This document shows positions 35,893-49,464 of a DNA stretch of 64,000 nucleotides, piece after piece; the stretch's first letter is position 1; each line of letters opens with the position of its first letter. Position numbers and translations under genes: made by a program. The notes beneath the pieces were generated by a model. It was not told where the DNA came from, did not search any database, and saw nothing but the letters and a program-made list of their open reading frames with translations. Source of the DNA: Azolla caroliniana (taxonomy: Eukaryota > Plantae > Polypodiophyta); NCBI GenBank assembly GCA_043228905.1, contig JBHGNT010000015.1, forward strand, positions 16,616,001-16,680,000, in the 5' to 3' direction.

Positions 35893-38800
35893 GTCCAGCC
35901 AAAATAGGAGTCGTTTGGTTGGACAGCAGCCCTAGATCTGTACAACCCATTAGTCGTTCCATTCCTTCCAAGCAAGTTAGCAATGTGTTCCTAGCCCAAG
36001 TCATTGTTAGTACTAAAAGTACTCCCCCAGTACCCATCCTAGCACTAATAGATTCCAGAGCTAATTCCTATTTCATGGATCGAAATTTTGCCCAAGCTTC
36101 TCAGATATCCTTAAGAAAACTTCCTTGTCCCGCATCTGTAGTAGTCATTTATGGTTGTCCCATTGCTTCTGGGAATATTGTAGAAGAATCAAAACCCATT
36201 CAAGTTGTCCTAGGTAGTTTTGTGTGTGTAGTATCACTTAATATAATTAGTAGTCTAGAGCATCCCATTGTCCTAGGATTACCTTGGTTTGAATTACATA
36301 ATCCAGCCATAGATTGGAGAACAAGAGAAATCCGATATCGACAACCCCAAGAATCTACTCACTGAGTTTCGACCATTTCACTCCATCAATTATGTGACAA
36401 AGAACACAAGGAGGCAATGTTCCTATTTGCAATATCAGTACATCCTTCCAGCACTATTAAGAAGGAATCCTCAGTACAACTTCCGGCAAAATATCATCCT
36501 TATGTCGATGTATTTGACAAGGTAAAAGCTGGTACCCTTCCTCATCACCGTCCCTATGACTATCCCATCGATTTACAACCAGGAACCGAGCCACCATGGG
36601 GACCAATTTACAACTTGTCACCCACCGAGTTAGAAGTCCTTCGAGCCTACATAGAGGAGAAGTTGGCAAGCGGGTTCATCCGTCATTCGAAATCTCCGGC
36701 CAGTGGACCCATCTTCTTTGTCAAGAAGAAAGATGGCTCACTTCATCTCATCGTTGATTACCGCAGATTGAATAAGGTCACCATCCGGAATAGGTATGCA
36801 CTTCCTCTTATATCAAGTCTTTTAGAGCGAGTTAATGGTGCCAAGTTTTTCACCAAAATCGATCTACGAGGAGCGTATAACCTCGTGCAGATCCGACCGG
36901 GAAATGAATGGAAGACCGCCTTTCGCACGTGGTATGGGCATTTCGAGTATACTGTTATGCCGTTCGGCCTAACCAATGCACCCGCAATCTTCCAACACAT
37001 GGCAAATGATATATTCAGAGACCTCTTGGATATCTGTTTGATCATCTATCTGGATGATCTATTGATTTATTCGAAGACCCAGGAAGAGCACGATTGTCAT
37101 GTACTATTAGTACTAAAGAGACTCTGCGAGAATGGTCTTTATGCCAAGCTAGAAAAATGTAGCTTTGACTGCAAGCAAGTGGAATTTCTAGGCTACGTCA
37201 TCTCCTCAAAGGGCATCACCATGGATCCAGCTAAAGTCCAAACTGTACTAGAGTGGCAATTTCCACAGTCGGTACGAGATATACAATGTTTTCTAGGTTT
37301 TGCTAACTTCTACTGTAAGTTTATACAAGATTACTCGAAGATTATTTTACCTCTCACACAACTTACGAAGAAGGGACAAGCATTTATTTGGTCCAATGAA
37401 GCAGATATGGCTTCTCGGCATCTTAAGAAAGCCTTTACATCAGCACCGATTCTAGCTCATTTGGATACAAGCAAACCATTCATCATGGAGGCCGACACAT
37501 CAAATTTCGCACTCGGTAGCATCCTTTCTCAACAAGGGGATAAAGAAGAGTTACATCCTGTGGCTTTCCATTCACGCAAATTCGATGTCGCGGAAATCAA
37601 CTACGAAATACATGACAAGGAGTTATTAGCCATCGTGGATTCATTTGTGCAATGGCAGCATTTCTTAGAGGGCTCTCCACATCAGGTCATTGTCTTTAGT
37701 GATCATAAAAATCTTGCTTATTTCTAGAACGCTCGTGTACTAAATCGACAACAATCTCTGTGGGCTCAATTCCTCACGCGTTTCATATCTTGCACCTCGT
37801 CCTTGTGATCCAACATTTGATAATCAAAAGCAAGTAATCTTGGGACCAACACGATTGCACACAACACGGATTTTTCACACCCCGATGGATTCATGGATTA
37901 TCGATGACATACGTGCAAACTTGAAGACGGATAGTTTTGCTCAAGACATTCTGGCGCACATTGATACTTCTCGGGCATCCTGTTCTCAGTCTCAACAACC
38001 AAGTATTGACTACCGAAAATTCGAATATCATGATGGTTTGTTATTCTTTAAAAAGCATGTATATGTCCCCGATTGCTCTTGTCGCCTTCAAATCGTCCAG
38101 AATTGTCACGACACCCAGACGGCGGGACATTTCGGTAGTACTAAGACGTTGGATCTAGTGCAACGATCTTTTTGGTGGCCCCACATGCGCGGTTTTGTCG
38201 ACGACTACGTTCGGACCTGTGATGCTTGCTGTCGAGCAAAGATGCCACGACACCATCCATATGGCTTGTTGGAACCCTTACCGATTCCAAGTAAGCCGTG
38301 GCAATCTATTTGTCTTGATTTTATCACCGATCTACCGGTCTCGAAGGGGTTCGATGTTATCTTAACCGTCATCGATCGATATACAAAGATGGCACATTTT
38401 GTGCCATGTACTAAGGCCATCCCTAGCGAGGAAACCGCCGCCCTCGTCATGCATGAGGTATTTTGGCATCGCGGCCTCCCAAACAATATCATCAGTGACC
38501 GAGGACCTCAATTCGTCTCCAAATTTTGGCAACATCTCTTCAAGATGCTCAAGGTCTCTTGCAACCTCTCCTCCGGCTACCATCCCCATACCGATGGGCA
38601 GGTGGAACGAACAAACCAAACACTAGAACAATATCTCCGGTGTTTCTTGAGTTATCAACAGAAAGATTGGGCTGAGATTCTCCACTTTGTGGAGTTTGCG
38701 TATAATAATGCTACTCACTCCTCGACTCGGGTCTCCCCATTTTTCGCTTATACCGGTTTTCATCCTCGCTAGTCAGTGATCGACACCCCGGAGCTACCTA

Positions 38801-39360
38801 CCAACCCTCGTGCCAAGGATCATTTGGAGAGGCTACGCAAGATCCAAATGGATCTCTCCACTCACCTTCATCATGCTCAACACACACATAAGACTTATGC
38901 AGATCGTCATCGGATTCCCTCCTCTTTTGCCATCGGAGATCGAGTATGGCTCTTATGTCGTCACATCAAGACTACTCGACCATGCGACAAGTTGGATTAT
39001 CGACGACTCGATCCTTTTCGTATTACGGGTAAGGTTAATGATGTCACATTCCGCCTTGATCTCCCTCCGCAGCTTCAGATACATCCGGTTTTCCATTGTT
39101 CTCTTCTTGAACCTTATAAAGCAAACACCATTCCAGTTTTCCATTGTTCTCTTCTTGAACCTTATAAAGCAAACACCATTCCCGATCGTGTTACAGCATC
39201 GCCGCCCCGGAGTATGAAGTTGCTGCCATCCTCGATTCCAAACTGGTTCGCAACAAACTTTATTATTTGGTCGATTGGCTCGGTTATAGTCCAAGCAAAC
39301 GTACTTGGGAACCCGTCGAGCATGTTGCCAATGCTCAGGATCTTCTTGCTGATTTCCACT
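35889..39360 (+). pseudogene. Chromovirus pol (PR, RT, RH, INT, chromodomain) with stops, deletion and frameshift
   Basis: ALIDSRA protease, YLDD RT, DTSNFALG/DKELLAIV/DHKNL RH, HHCC plus LDFITDLP/SDRGPQF INT, and EYEVAAILDSK...YYLVDWLGYSPSKRTWEP chromodomain at ~39210-39359. Confidence 0.93.
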
Positions 39361-40744
39361 GAAAGTATCCGGACAAACCCGGTCCGCAATCAGCGCCGAC
39401 TCGTTCCACTCGTCGTCTTTAAGGGGGAGATAGTGTCATGATATGGCAAGACTCGGGTAAGACATGGGTCGAGCTCTTACCATTAGACTATGAATTGTAA
39501 TTTTTAGGATATTATTTTCATTTATGCTTTATCATAGAAAATTGATGTATATTCCAGATCTCTCTAGAACATTCTAGAAGCTTCAGGATTATTCCTAAAA
39601 ACACTATAAAAGGAGGCACAAGGCATTGTTTTGAACCAAATTGGTTCAACGCCAGTCTTAAACCTCTTAGCCACTTTGTACTTATCTTTCACATAATATA
39701 TTAGTTGTTGTCATCATCTTTATCTCTCTCTCATTCTCGCTATCTCTCTCTCTCTCCTCTTCTCTCTTCCTCTCTCAGGAATCTTACGCAGTCTCATCCT
39801 CTTAGTACTAATAGCACTTCTCTTCTCTAGTACTAATTCTCTCTCTGTTTAGTACTATTCCTGACACTTAGCCTTTTTGGATGTGTTGGTCAAATCAACT
39901 CTATGTCTTTTGAATCTGTCGTTTAAGATTTGACACTTCTTGGCTTTGACTTTTCAACTTGGCTCGATTTGGTTATGCCTTGTTTGGCCAACTCGGCTCT
40001 TGTCAATCTCTTAGTCGGATCGAATTTCATTTCAACTAGTGGACCTCTTGCCAATTTGGATTCGGTATGGGGGTTGTTGGCTATATCAATTTTGATTGTT
40101 TGTTGAATCTCCGATTTGACCTAATGGGTTGGTCCTTCTACGACATCTCTATCGATATCGAAAAAAACCTTTTTACCAACTATTTTTTGTTGGTCTGTCT
40201 AGAGAGAATTGAGTCTTCATTGAAGACTAAGTCACTACTCCATATCAGTTTCTGGTTCTTTGGATCCCAAAGCCCATAGCTGAAATCCACATAGGTTCCA
40301 TAATTGTTACCGAGAAAGATACACTTAAGTGCATGGCATGCCAACTTGGTGGACCTTTTATCCTTGGGGATGAAGGCATAGGCTTTGCATCCGAATATAT
40401 GGCCAATCAACATTTTTAAGCATTCTAGTTCAAATAAATTCTCCGTATACATTTCCATTTCACAACACCGAATGAGACAAGGAAACACAAAAGGACCAAA
40501 GGCAAGATTTGGGAATCAAGGTTGTCCCAACCAAGATTGATGATCGCGGTGCGAAGGAGGAAATAAGGATGCAAAGATCCTTAGAGTGTGAGACCGAGCT
40601 AGGGCTTTGGCTTTGTCCCAATTTGTAACTATTGTATGCATGTGTTTGATCATATAATATAAAGCTTCTCTTCAATTTCTTTGTCCTAATTGCGTTTTTT
40701 GTGCATTTTGAGACCTAGGTAAAATAGGGGTGTAACACTCATTG

Positions 40745-40920
40745 TATAAGGTACTTTGGGAGAAGTATGATTACTTTCTAGATGGACATGATATTTAAAG
40801 TGTCATGCTCAAATCTCCACCAAGAAGGGTGAGCATATATGTGCTTGTGTTATTTTCACATAGATAGCTTTACTTCAGACTAGTAACTCCCTTCTTTGGA
40901 AGAAGTCATATACAAGAATA
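40745..40920 (+). mobile_element. Short 3'-terminal relic of the RTEX/L2-like LINE family
   Basis: Encodes YKVLWEKYDYFLDGHDI*SVMLKSPPRRVSIYVLVLFSHR, homologous to 63810-63930, followed by the same 'cccttctt.ggaag.ag' end motif. Confidence 0.7.
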
Positions 40921-42085
40921 TCGAAGGTCCCATAGTGTGGGTGTTGCTAGGGGGAGTGGATTGCAAAGTCTTGTGAAAGAATGCCTTGATTGTTATTGAG
41001 CTCAAGTCTAATAGCTAAACTACATGAGAGCCTCCCACTTACCCTAGTCTCTTGTATATTGGACTCAAGTTTGTTTGGTTGGTGGCCTCCATGAATCAAC
41101 ATCACCCTGTGTTGTTTGTGTTGGTGTATCTCCTTTATTCACTCCATACAATTACATACAATAGTTCATAGTCTAATTTATGTAAGACCTGGAATTGTGG
41201 CATTAGTGAGAAAACCCATCTCTTATGCATGATTTTTCCCAGACAAATTCATCAATCTAACTATCAACCCTTTTTGCAATGCTCCATCTTTTCTCTCATT
41301 TATAATTATTTTCACCACATTTGCCACCTTGACTTCTCTATACACTTCTTTCTCATTTACAATACACAATCTTGATTGCAACATCTGGTAAAGAAATTCT
41401 TGAAAACCAAGAGCCCTTGGCAAGGTTTTTCTTTGGTCCTATACATCATATTGGACCTCGAAGGATGTTAGTGAGGAGGTGCCTATCTATATATCTCTTT
41501 GAACATCTTATAGGCCAAAGTAAGTGCATGCAATTTCCCCTACATTATCAAACAACAAAATTCATCCCCAAGAACTCCTTTTAATAAGCATGCTAAAACG
41601 TTGTCTACATATGAACCATTGTGAACCATATTTACAATTGATGAGCATGGAGAGTTATATCCTATGTGTATTTTTATAAGGTTAACAAGGTCATGTTTTT
41701 GCCAAACAAAAGCAACAATACACACATACATAGACATATGTATATATATGCATATACATACAAGGTAGAAAATGCTCTAGAATTGAAGGAGAATTGGTAA
41801 TTTTTTCTTTAATAATATTGAATCTGCTAGTATCAAGCCTGTCTTTACATGTGATCATGGGAGCTTTAAGCATAAATCTGATGTAATACATTTTATGGGT
41901 TTTTAGAAGTTATATTTCTGGTTAAGAAACATGAAAACCTAATAATAGTCTTATTCATTATTTCTTTTTTACACTATATCGTAAGTTGTACTATTTGTCA
42001 GGAAACAAAAATTACACAAACCACAAAAATATGTTATGAATGGCGTCCCATGTCAATGTCTCTATCACAAAGAAAACACTCTTCA

Positions 42086-42189
42086 CTTATTTATGAAGGA
42101 TAGGAGAGTCTATGCAAGGCCTACCTAAGAAAGGGATCAAGTTTGTGTAGATTTTAACTAATGGAGTATATTCTTTTTTGGAAAAAAAG
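42086..42189 (+). mobile_element. Severely 5'-truncated L1-type retrocopy with A-tail and 17-bp TSD
   Basis: TSD AAAGAAAACACTCTTCA at 42069-42085 and 42190-42206. Ends 'ttttaactaatggagtatattctt...gaaaaaaa' like the copy at 57024-57329. Confidence 0.8.
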
Positions 42190-45100
42190 AAAGAAAACAC
42201 TCTTCATGCATAAATTTAGACTTTAACATTCATCAAAGAACATTAGAACCTCAATCGATTTTGCTATCTATTTTGATACTCAATTTATTTGAGACGAGTT
42301 TCTTTGTACAGAATTGCATGAGCTGTACTTTCATACAAGTTGACAAAAACATCATTTTCTATATACAAAATACAAATATTTCTAGTTTGCACTTGGTATT
42401 TCTAGTTGGAAAAGCATTTTAGCTTGATTTACTCAAAACCAAGAAGTCATCCATTCCATGAACTTTTCTATCTCAAAGAGACAAAGAGAGACAAAACAAT
42501 TGGAAATTATTGTCTAATGTATAAAGACGGAAAAACATTTCAACTTTTTCTACCATTAGTTGTTTGTGTTATGTTAAATTCTGAAAGGATGATGCCAATC
42601 AAATGCTCTAGGAATTACCAATTATATAGATAGGAGTTATTTAAAGAACAAGATCACGTTGTTCATAAAATTAATTTTGAAACCAACTTCCTAGGATGGA
42701 TAGTCCCTAAAAGCTCCCTATAAATACATTTTGGGTTTACTTCATTAAATAAAAAATAACTGTTGGCATGGTTAGCTATGAATTGTGTCTTGGGTCCTCA
42801 ATAAATACCTTCTTGACACTGGTGACATTGTCCTAGTATGGACTAGCGCATCTTTGAATCCACTTCAAAAGACTCATTTAGTGAAGTCCACATAGAAACA
42901 CCATACATGCTCTACTTCGTGATAGTGGAAAACTTCTCATCAAGATCATGAGCATTGCAAGATTTATTGCCGCCATAAGAGTTGGGGCATGGGTAGGGAA
43001 CTTGTGAATTGTGCATATTTGAGTCCAAACAAGTGTGTGAATCACACTTTCACACTCTACAATAATGCTCAACGTTCTATCGCATTCAAGTTTGCTTTTC
43101 CCAACTGTAAATATGAACCTATTCTTGCAGATATTTTTCTCTTAGTCCTTACATGCATTCTAAATTATTACAATACTAGGACAAAATGCACATATCTAAG
43201 ACGTACAAATTGTACATTGTAGCAAAGCATGCACCATGATTGGAGTACAAATTGGATACATCTTTTTTATAACAAGATAAATATAAATAATGTAAACAAG
43301 TACATGACAATCTTGGTTAGCACTCTTATGGAGATGCTCTTTGGGTATTTAATGGAAGAAATACTTATGCACATGATGTAAAGAGAATGGTAAATGGGCT
43401 TAGGAACAATTTGAATTTCCAAAACACCAGAACATTTAGGCCAATTTGTTATTCTTTGTAGTGTTGATACAAGAGATTCTTTTGATAGGTAAAGGATTAA
43501 CCGCGCATTGATGTGCTATAATTGAAATTCATAAAAGTAAAAGAAATGGAAAGATGCATCAAAATAAAATTTTGAGGTCTATGTTGAGGCAAGGTTTGAA
43601 GAAATGGTTTAGAATATGGGATACATTACACTTGCATGATATTACATCAATAGGTTTTTCTATAAATGTGGCTTTCTCGAACGTAGATATATTACAACTT
43701 GTGAAAGATGTAGTGTCATATTCAAATTTCACACATTATATTATGCATGTTGCACAAAGCTACAAAGGTGTCTGCTTCTCTACACTAGGAAACAACACTC
43801 ATCAACACATCTTAGAGTTCATCCAACCATATCATTGCTTTCATATAGCACAATTGAGGAGACTAATCAACTATACGTATCTTACCCTAAAGTCTCACAC
43901 TAGAATACAATGTGCCACCTTGAATATTTCAAGGTCACTACTCAACATCCGGACACATTGTGCACAAAGATGTTTGTATACATCATATTTGACCATTTTA
44001 AAGGATATTAGAATCTATGTGTGTGTAAGGACAATAATAAATAAGGTCTATCTCTCAACAATGCATGTTAAATAATGTGCTTAAATCCATTATTATTTTA
44101 CATTCACATAGACTTCTTACATTTGGCATAGAAAGAAAAGAGTGAGACAATATTTTTTCAACTAATGCTAGGTAAAAGATATGAAAAAAGGGTTTGAAAG
44201 ATAGAATGCATTGCTGAAATGAAAAAAGTGCAGCACTTGATTCCTCGATTCTCGATTCTTGCAATGGTGTTGCAACATAGGTTAAGAAAGACTTCAAGGT
44301 TCACTACTTCACACATTATATCACAAATAATGCCCCTATATTCAAAACTCACTGTCTCCCAAGACATACTAGAGCTAATCCACTATACTTCTATTGGAAC
44401 CCATGTTCTTGTCACTCTACATGACAAAGGTTAGAACAAATGATCGAGGCAATCATGCATTTCGGTCATTCCGAAATGGGAAAAACACACTCAACCATTG
44501 ATGTTAGAGCTTATCCCATTGTCTACCATCCTAAATGATTATTTCAATACGACAAAACTTACATTGTCATCTCTTCCCTTTTGTGTTGTCTTCAAACCCA
44601 TATTCTCGTCACTTTACGTAACCTTTGAGTATAGAAGATATGAGAGAGGCAATAATATGTGCTACTAATCTAGTGGCTTGAGCAATTTGATAGTAACACC
44701 AAGGCAAAGAAGACAAGTTACCAATTACATGAGACAAGGCATTGGGGCCCTTAATGTTTTACATAATTGGCAGTAAGTTCTCTTTGTCGTGGTGTTATTA
44801 TCAAATTAGCATGAATATCCTACCAACACTTATGGTTGCCTCACTCATCTCTTACATACACAAAGATAAGTAAAGTGAAGAGAACATGTGTTCCAATGGA
44901 ACACAATCGCTTTTGTCTCTAGGGTTTGTTGATTTACTAGTAATTTATGATATCATAGAATGGGAAAAACTATAATACAAAGGCCTTTATATCTTGGATC
45001 AATGTGTATGGGCATCTAAATATCAACTTACAGCGTATTTTTCTTCCAAGTTGTCGTTAACATTATTCTCTTTATAAGCAAACGACAGACAACACAAACA

Positions 45101-45563
45101 CATATATAAGATGCATTTGGTACATGTCATATGAGTTTGCACTTTTTATTATTTCTTGGATCTTCCTTACTTTTGTAGGTGTTTTCAAACCTTATTGCCT
45201 TCATCAAAAAATAAAAGTTCCTTCATATATAAATTTCGTTATTACCCATTATTCACTCTAAATTACCAACATTCATTGTGAAGTTTCATTATCATCATTA
45301 AACGTATTGATACATCATGTATTTGGTGCATTTTCGTTAAAACTATCTTTTCAAACTAATTATTATTGTGGAACTTTAGCATTTAACATTGATTAAACTT
45401 CTTGAAACATAAAAATCTTGTCAACATGCATCTTAACTTTCATGAGATGAGAGATTATAAGTTAAAATAAACATAGCACATTGCACCTAAAACATAGTAC
45501 ATTTACCATCAAAGAGGTATATAGAATAAGTGAAATGACGTGTATAGAATCAATTGGGACAAC

Positions 45564-45570
45564 TATAAAA
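45564..45570 (+). promoter_or_regulatory. TATA box of small secreted protein gene 1
   Basis: TATAAAA within 'actataaaaggaccccaagg', conserved in the paralog at 56170-56176, ~130 nt upstream of the ATG. Confidence 0.7.
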
Positions 45571-45695
45571 GGACCCCAAGGATTTGGAAGACATTTGTGT
45601 ATGAGTGTCTAGCAAAGAGCATCATCTCTACTTCTCTTTATTTTGTGTCCTTATCTAGTCTTGTCCATTGTCCACATTACACATTACTACTCTTA

Positions 45696-46061
45696 ATGGC
45701 AATGAAGACAATGGTGTGTGCAATGGTTTTGATTGCACTACTCCTAGTCGGGAGCGTCCAAGCCTCTTGTATCGTGAAGAACGAGTCGAGCAAAGACATC
45801 GTCCTCATCCCAGTCATTGATGTGAATGTGAACATCCTTGTAAAGGTTGGTGATGTGGTCGAGGTACCATCCAAGTACAAAGATTGCCATGTGAGAAACC
45901 TAGGAAACGGGGCTAGGAGTGCACCCATTAGGATTGCGGACGGATCTGTGACTGTGGTTGTGGATGGAAGTATCGAGGGCACCGTGAAGCTTCTTGTTGG
46001 TGTTTCAGTCGATGGCGTGATCGGTATCTCGGCGAATGCTTTTGTGTTGGTGCAAATATAG
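45696..46061 (+). CDS. Intronless small secreted Val/Ile-rich protein, paralog 1 (121 aa; unknown family)
   Basis: Signal peptide MAMKTMVCAMVLIALLLVGSVQA| and a 98-aa mature part. TATA upstream. The paralog at 56290 keeps the frame with many synonymous changes. Confidence 0.88.
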   Translation: MAMKTMVCAMVLIALLLVGSVQASCIVKNESSKDIVLIPVIDVNVNILVKVGDVVEVPSKYKDCHVRNLGNGARSAPIRIADGSVTVVVDGSIEGTVKLLVGVSVDGVIGISANAFVLVQI

Positions 46062-47207
46062 ACAAATCGAGTCCTTCATGATCCATAAGCTACTTATTTA
46101 TGATGATACTATCTACTAGTATTGTCCTTTGTTTGGATGTCTATTCTATTCCATTCTCTTGGCATGTCATTGTTGTATTGAATTGAAGTTGATGCTTCAT
46201 TAATGAATCTATTGTTTTGTTTTGTTTTCATTTCATTTGTGACTTTAGCACCATAGTGTTGGTATGTTATCTAAGACATTAGTTTTGGGGGGTGTATTCC
46301 TAATTATTATAGAATCAGATCCGTAATTGGACATGGTTTTGCAGTTTTAATTGGAATCAATGTTTGATAGCAACATCTATCATTATCATTTGTTCAATTT
46401 CCAGCTCAAGAAATCGATCGCCATTACTAGATTAGAAATTCATCGAAATTCTGTCTAAAATCAAACATTGCACATTAGACTGTATCATTTAAATATAGTT
46501 GCGTGATTATTGCACATTCACAGAATTGTACAGTAAAAAAGAAAACCTCCATTTTACTACATTTTGATCAATTATATCGTTTTGAGAAAACAGAAAGAAC
46601 AAACTAATTTGAGAGGCAAATACAAAAGTGTATAACCATTTTCAATTTTGGCCATCTTGTTGAGAAACTTTTAGCTCTTGTCTTATGTCCGGTCTTAGAT
46701 TGGGTTTTCGTATATATGTCGAGTCTTACATCTTGGTCTAGAACTTGGTGGGATCGACCATTCAACTAGATGCAAAGATGGACCTAGGCACAAATCTTCA
46801 TGCCAGAATTTTGAAAGTCTCCATGGTTGAGAAGAGTAACAGATTAGATGAGGGCATAACATGATGGGCTATCCAAGAATCATGAAACTACGGTGGTCAA
46901 AATGATTGGTAAACAAGTTTGGACCAATATACACTTTTTGCTTTGATATCCAACACAATACATATAGATCTTGCAATGTGTCGTGGAAAATTTGTGTGCA
47001 TGTAAAATCAGTGGGAGTTGGGACCATCGAGAACTTGAATCATGGAAGACGGATTAAGGGCATTGCCAACAAAGTTTGTGAGAATCAGTGGATAGCTTGG
47101 CACCTAATATTCATGCTTATTAAAGATCCCTTATCTTTAGTTCACCGTCTTTGATGTGCATGTCTTTTCGTGATGTTACATGCGTTCATGATGAGAGTGA
47201 GTGTGAG

Positions 47208-47620
47208 TATTAGAGGCTAAATAATATTTAAGTAGAATATAAGGAAAAATAAAACAAAGAAAGAATTTAACAGAAACGGGCTCCTAGACCACCCGACCAT
47301 CCCCTTACGACGGTGTTAGACGAACCCAAGTCTCCTCGATGTCCCTTACCATCATGTTAACGTAGGTCATAACTTCAGTTCCATAGGATCACAAGTGCTC
47401 AAATAGTTAACCTTCTTATATAGGCCCTAGTGTGATCACACACTTTACTACTTCATGTAAAGTGTTCAAGTGATAACCCATTTATTATTAATCTTACACT
47501 GTAGAAATGTAAAATTCAAATCATACCCTCATTTCTTTCACAAATAACCCGCTCATACTCATCATAAGATTAGGTAAAACTACGCCTATCTCATTATCAG
47601 ATATGGTTATGCCCTTAACA
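47208..47620 (-). mobile_element. Probable solo LTR
   Basis: TATTAGAGG (decayed TGTTA) ... CCCTTAACA termini, TSD GTGAG/ATGAG, minus-strand TATA ('cttatatagg') near 47415. Confidence 0.5.
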
Positions 47621-47639
47621 ATGAGTATTAATCGTACAT

Positions 47640-48340
47640 GTAAATCAAAGTTTTTCATGCACTAATTGCTATAAGTTTCTATGTGTGATTGTGTGTTTAT
47701 ATATATATACATATAGGAATCATAATTGTGTAATAGTGTGTGTGTTTTGTTATAATAATGTGTTTGCAAACTTTCACATGAATATATACATATATATTAC
47801 AGGTTTTTGTCTCTCAGCACTTTTGCATGCATGTGAAGAACATGCCTTTGATTTTACGTGTGTACACACTTTGCATGTACATATATATATAATGTACGAG
47901 ACTTTGTGCATAAGCAATCTCGTGCATATGTGTATGAATGATTTAAGTATGTGTTTTTGCATGTGATTATGTTTACATATAGATGTGTGAATAAGCAAGT
48001 AGGTGCAAATGTGTATAATAGTAAGGGGGGGTTATGAGTTTTTACATTAAGCAATGCATGCATTTATGCTCAAGTGTATGTGGTAGTATAATTCTGTTTG
48101 AATGTGATGGTGTACTTCCCAGAAATGTGGGTGTGTGGGTTCATAACTATCTAAATTGCTTACTTGAATGTGTTTGTGTGATTGTAGTTGTGCAATGTGT
48201 ATGTATAACCGTTGCCTATATGATTGGTTATGTTCGTGTATATATTTATGTATGTGACGAAAAAAGGGGTGTAGTATGCACGAAAAGTTTTTGGGAAAAA
48301 AAAAAAGTATGCGCAAAAAGGGGGGGTGGGGGGAGGGCTT
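47640..48340. repeat. Degenerate (TG/TA)-rich low-complexity tract
   Basis: Abundant tgtg/tata/catg runs. ORFs here are C/V/Y/I-rich artefacts. Confidence 0.6.
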
Positions 48341-49464
48341 GGTGTTGAACTTAGGCTTTGGTAGTGAGGGATAAGGTTCATAGTGGTGGTTCAGACCAAT
48401 GATGTGCAACATTGGCTTCAATGAATGCAACTTGCTTGTTCCTTTGCTCGACACTCCTAGCTCAATCGCAAAGCCTCTCTCCTGACCTTCCAAGAGAAAC
48501 TCTCTACTACTTGTCATCTTAGCAAAGGACTAAATCGACCTTAGCCAAGTCATCTTATTTATGGTTGATTTAGGATTAGCCATAGTGCAAATATAGGAAA
48601 TTGGTCTTAACTAGGTTTGATTTCTTATATTGGATAAAGCCAATTGAGGAGGATCCCGAGGTCTGATTTAGACAATTGACCTAGGGATGAATTAGGGAAA
48701 GTCCCTAGAACTTAATGGAGAGGGTTCAACCTAGGTTCGTTTAAGGGGGGTTATCGTAGGCCCAATGAAGGATTTAACCTAGGGCTAAATTGTATTCCTA
48801 TAGTCGATCTCCATTTCTTTAATTTCATTAGTGAAGGAGGAAAAGGAAAGAAAATATTCCGAGCTTTGTTTATTTCACTAAAAATTCTGTTGGGACAATC
48901 ATTTCAAGTGGTTTGGATGTAAAGCATTGATGATTTGGAAGCTTAAGTTCAAACCTTACCTACTGTTGAGAATCAAGCTCAACATAGTGCAACGTGTGAA
49001 CACACCCTTTGAGAATCTATGATCACGCAAAGCTCAAGAGTCACACCACTACTCTCTACACATTAACTATGTGTCATAGAATCATATTCTATGACAAATA
49101 ACTATTGAGTTCTATATTCCCCATGACTATGAGTCTTTACATTCCCCAAGAAAGAGTGGTTGTTGTTGTGAGTTAATGAAGAGACACATGGACCTTATAT
49201 AAAGGACCCTTCTCCTACTTCATACTAAGTCGGTTGTGACTCCTTGTAATGCTACATTTTGTATTTGCTATTCTACTTGTCAATATACACATTCTTCTTG
49301 AGTATTCTATTTTCCATCTATCTTGTGTTTTTCTCTTCTCTCCTTTCTTTCCTCTCACACATATACATAACACATGTATCTCTTCTGCTGCACAAGAATC
49401 ATATCTAATTCTCTACATGGTATCAGAGTGGTTTGGTAGCTCGATCTAGCCCATCCGCGTGTGT

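Larger units (their letters stand above)
34230..39866 (+). mobile_element. Full-length Ty3/gypsy chromovirus (Tcn1/Tf1-like), TSD CTTAG
   Basis: LTRs 34230-34668 and 39434-39866 (TGTCA...TGACA). TSD 34225-34229 and 39867-39871, PPT AAGGGGGAGATAG 39421-39433. Domain order gag-PR-RT-RH-INT-chromo. Confidence 0.97.
30770..40420 (-). mobile_element. Old, 5'-truncated Ty1/copia element hosting two younger insertions
   Basis: INT fragment IFGCKAYAFIPKDKR...KCIFLG (40180-40410), RT LDVKTTFLH/IYVVDMLI (33200-33620), RH YTDSDYA...KHIEVQFH...VDCLTK (31600-32170). PPT 'gggggaga' near 31100. The 3' LTR (~30770-31097) is poorly defined. Confidence 0.8.
44750..46660 (+). repeat. Copy 1 of an old ~2 kb gene duplication (promoter, CDS, 3' flank); copy 2 at ~55330-57730
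   Basis: Shared blocks 'agagaacatg.gttccaa.g.aaca', 'tatcatagaat.ggaaaa.ctat', 'attacccat.attca', 'actataaaaggaccccaagg', 'gtgattattgcacattca'. Confidence 0.8.

Noticed and set aside
41200-44450. Possible ancient coding relics (also 2150-2900 and 57800-58500)
   Set aside because: Coding-like texture but no motif I can identify; would need tBLASTx/HMM searches.
45540-45695. Longer N termini given by the ORF track (45540 and 56248 starts)
   Set aside because: Non-ATG starts; the 45540 start lies upstream of the conserved TATA, and the signal peptides begin at 45696/45702 and 56290.
48905-48960. Another tRNA-like module next to the copia insertion site (possible tRNA-gene targeting)
   Set aside because: Boxes are weak (TGGTTTGGATG / AGTTCAAACC) with ~37-nt spacing; a single case cannot support targeting.
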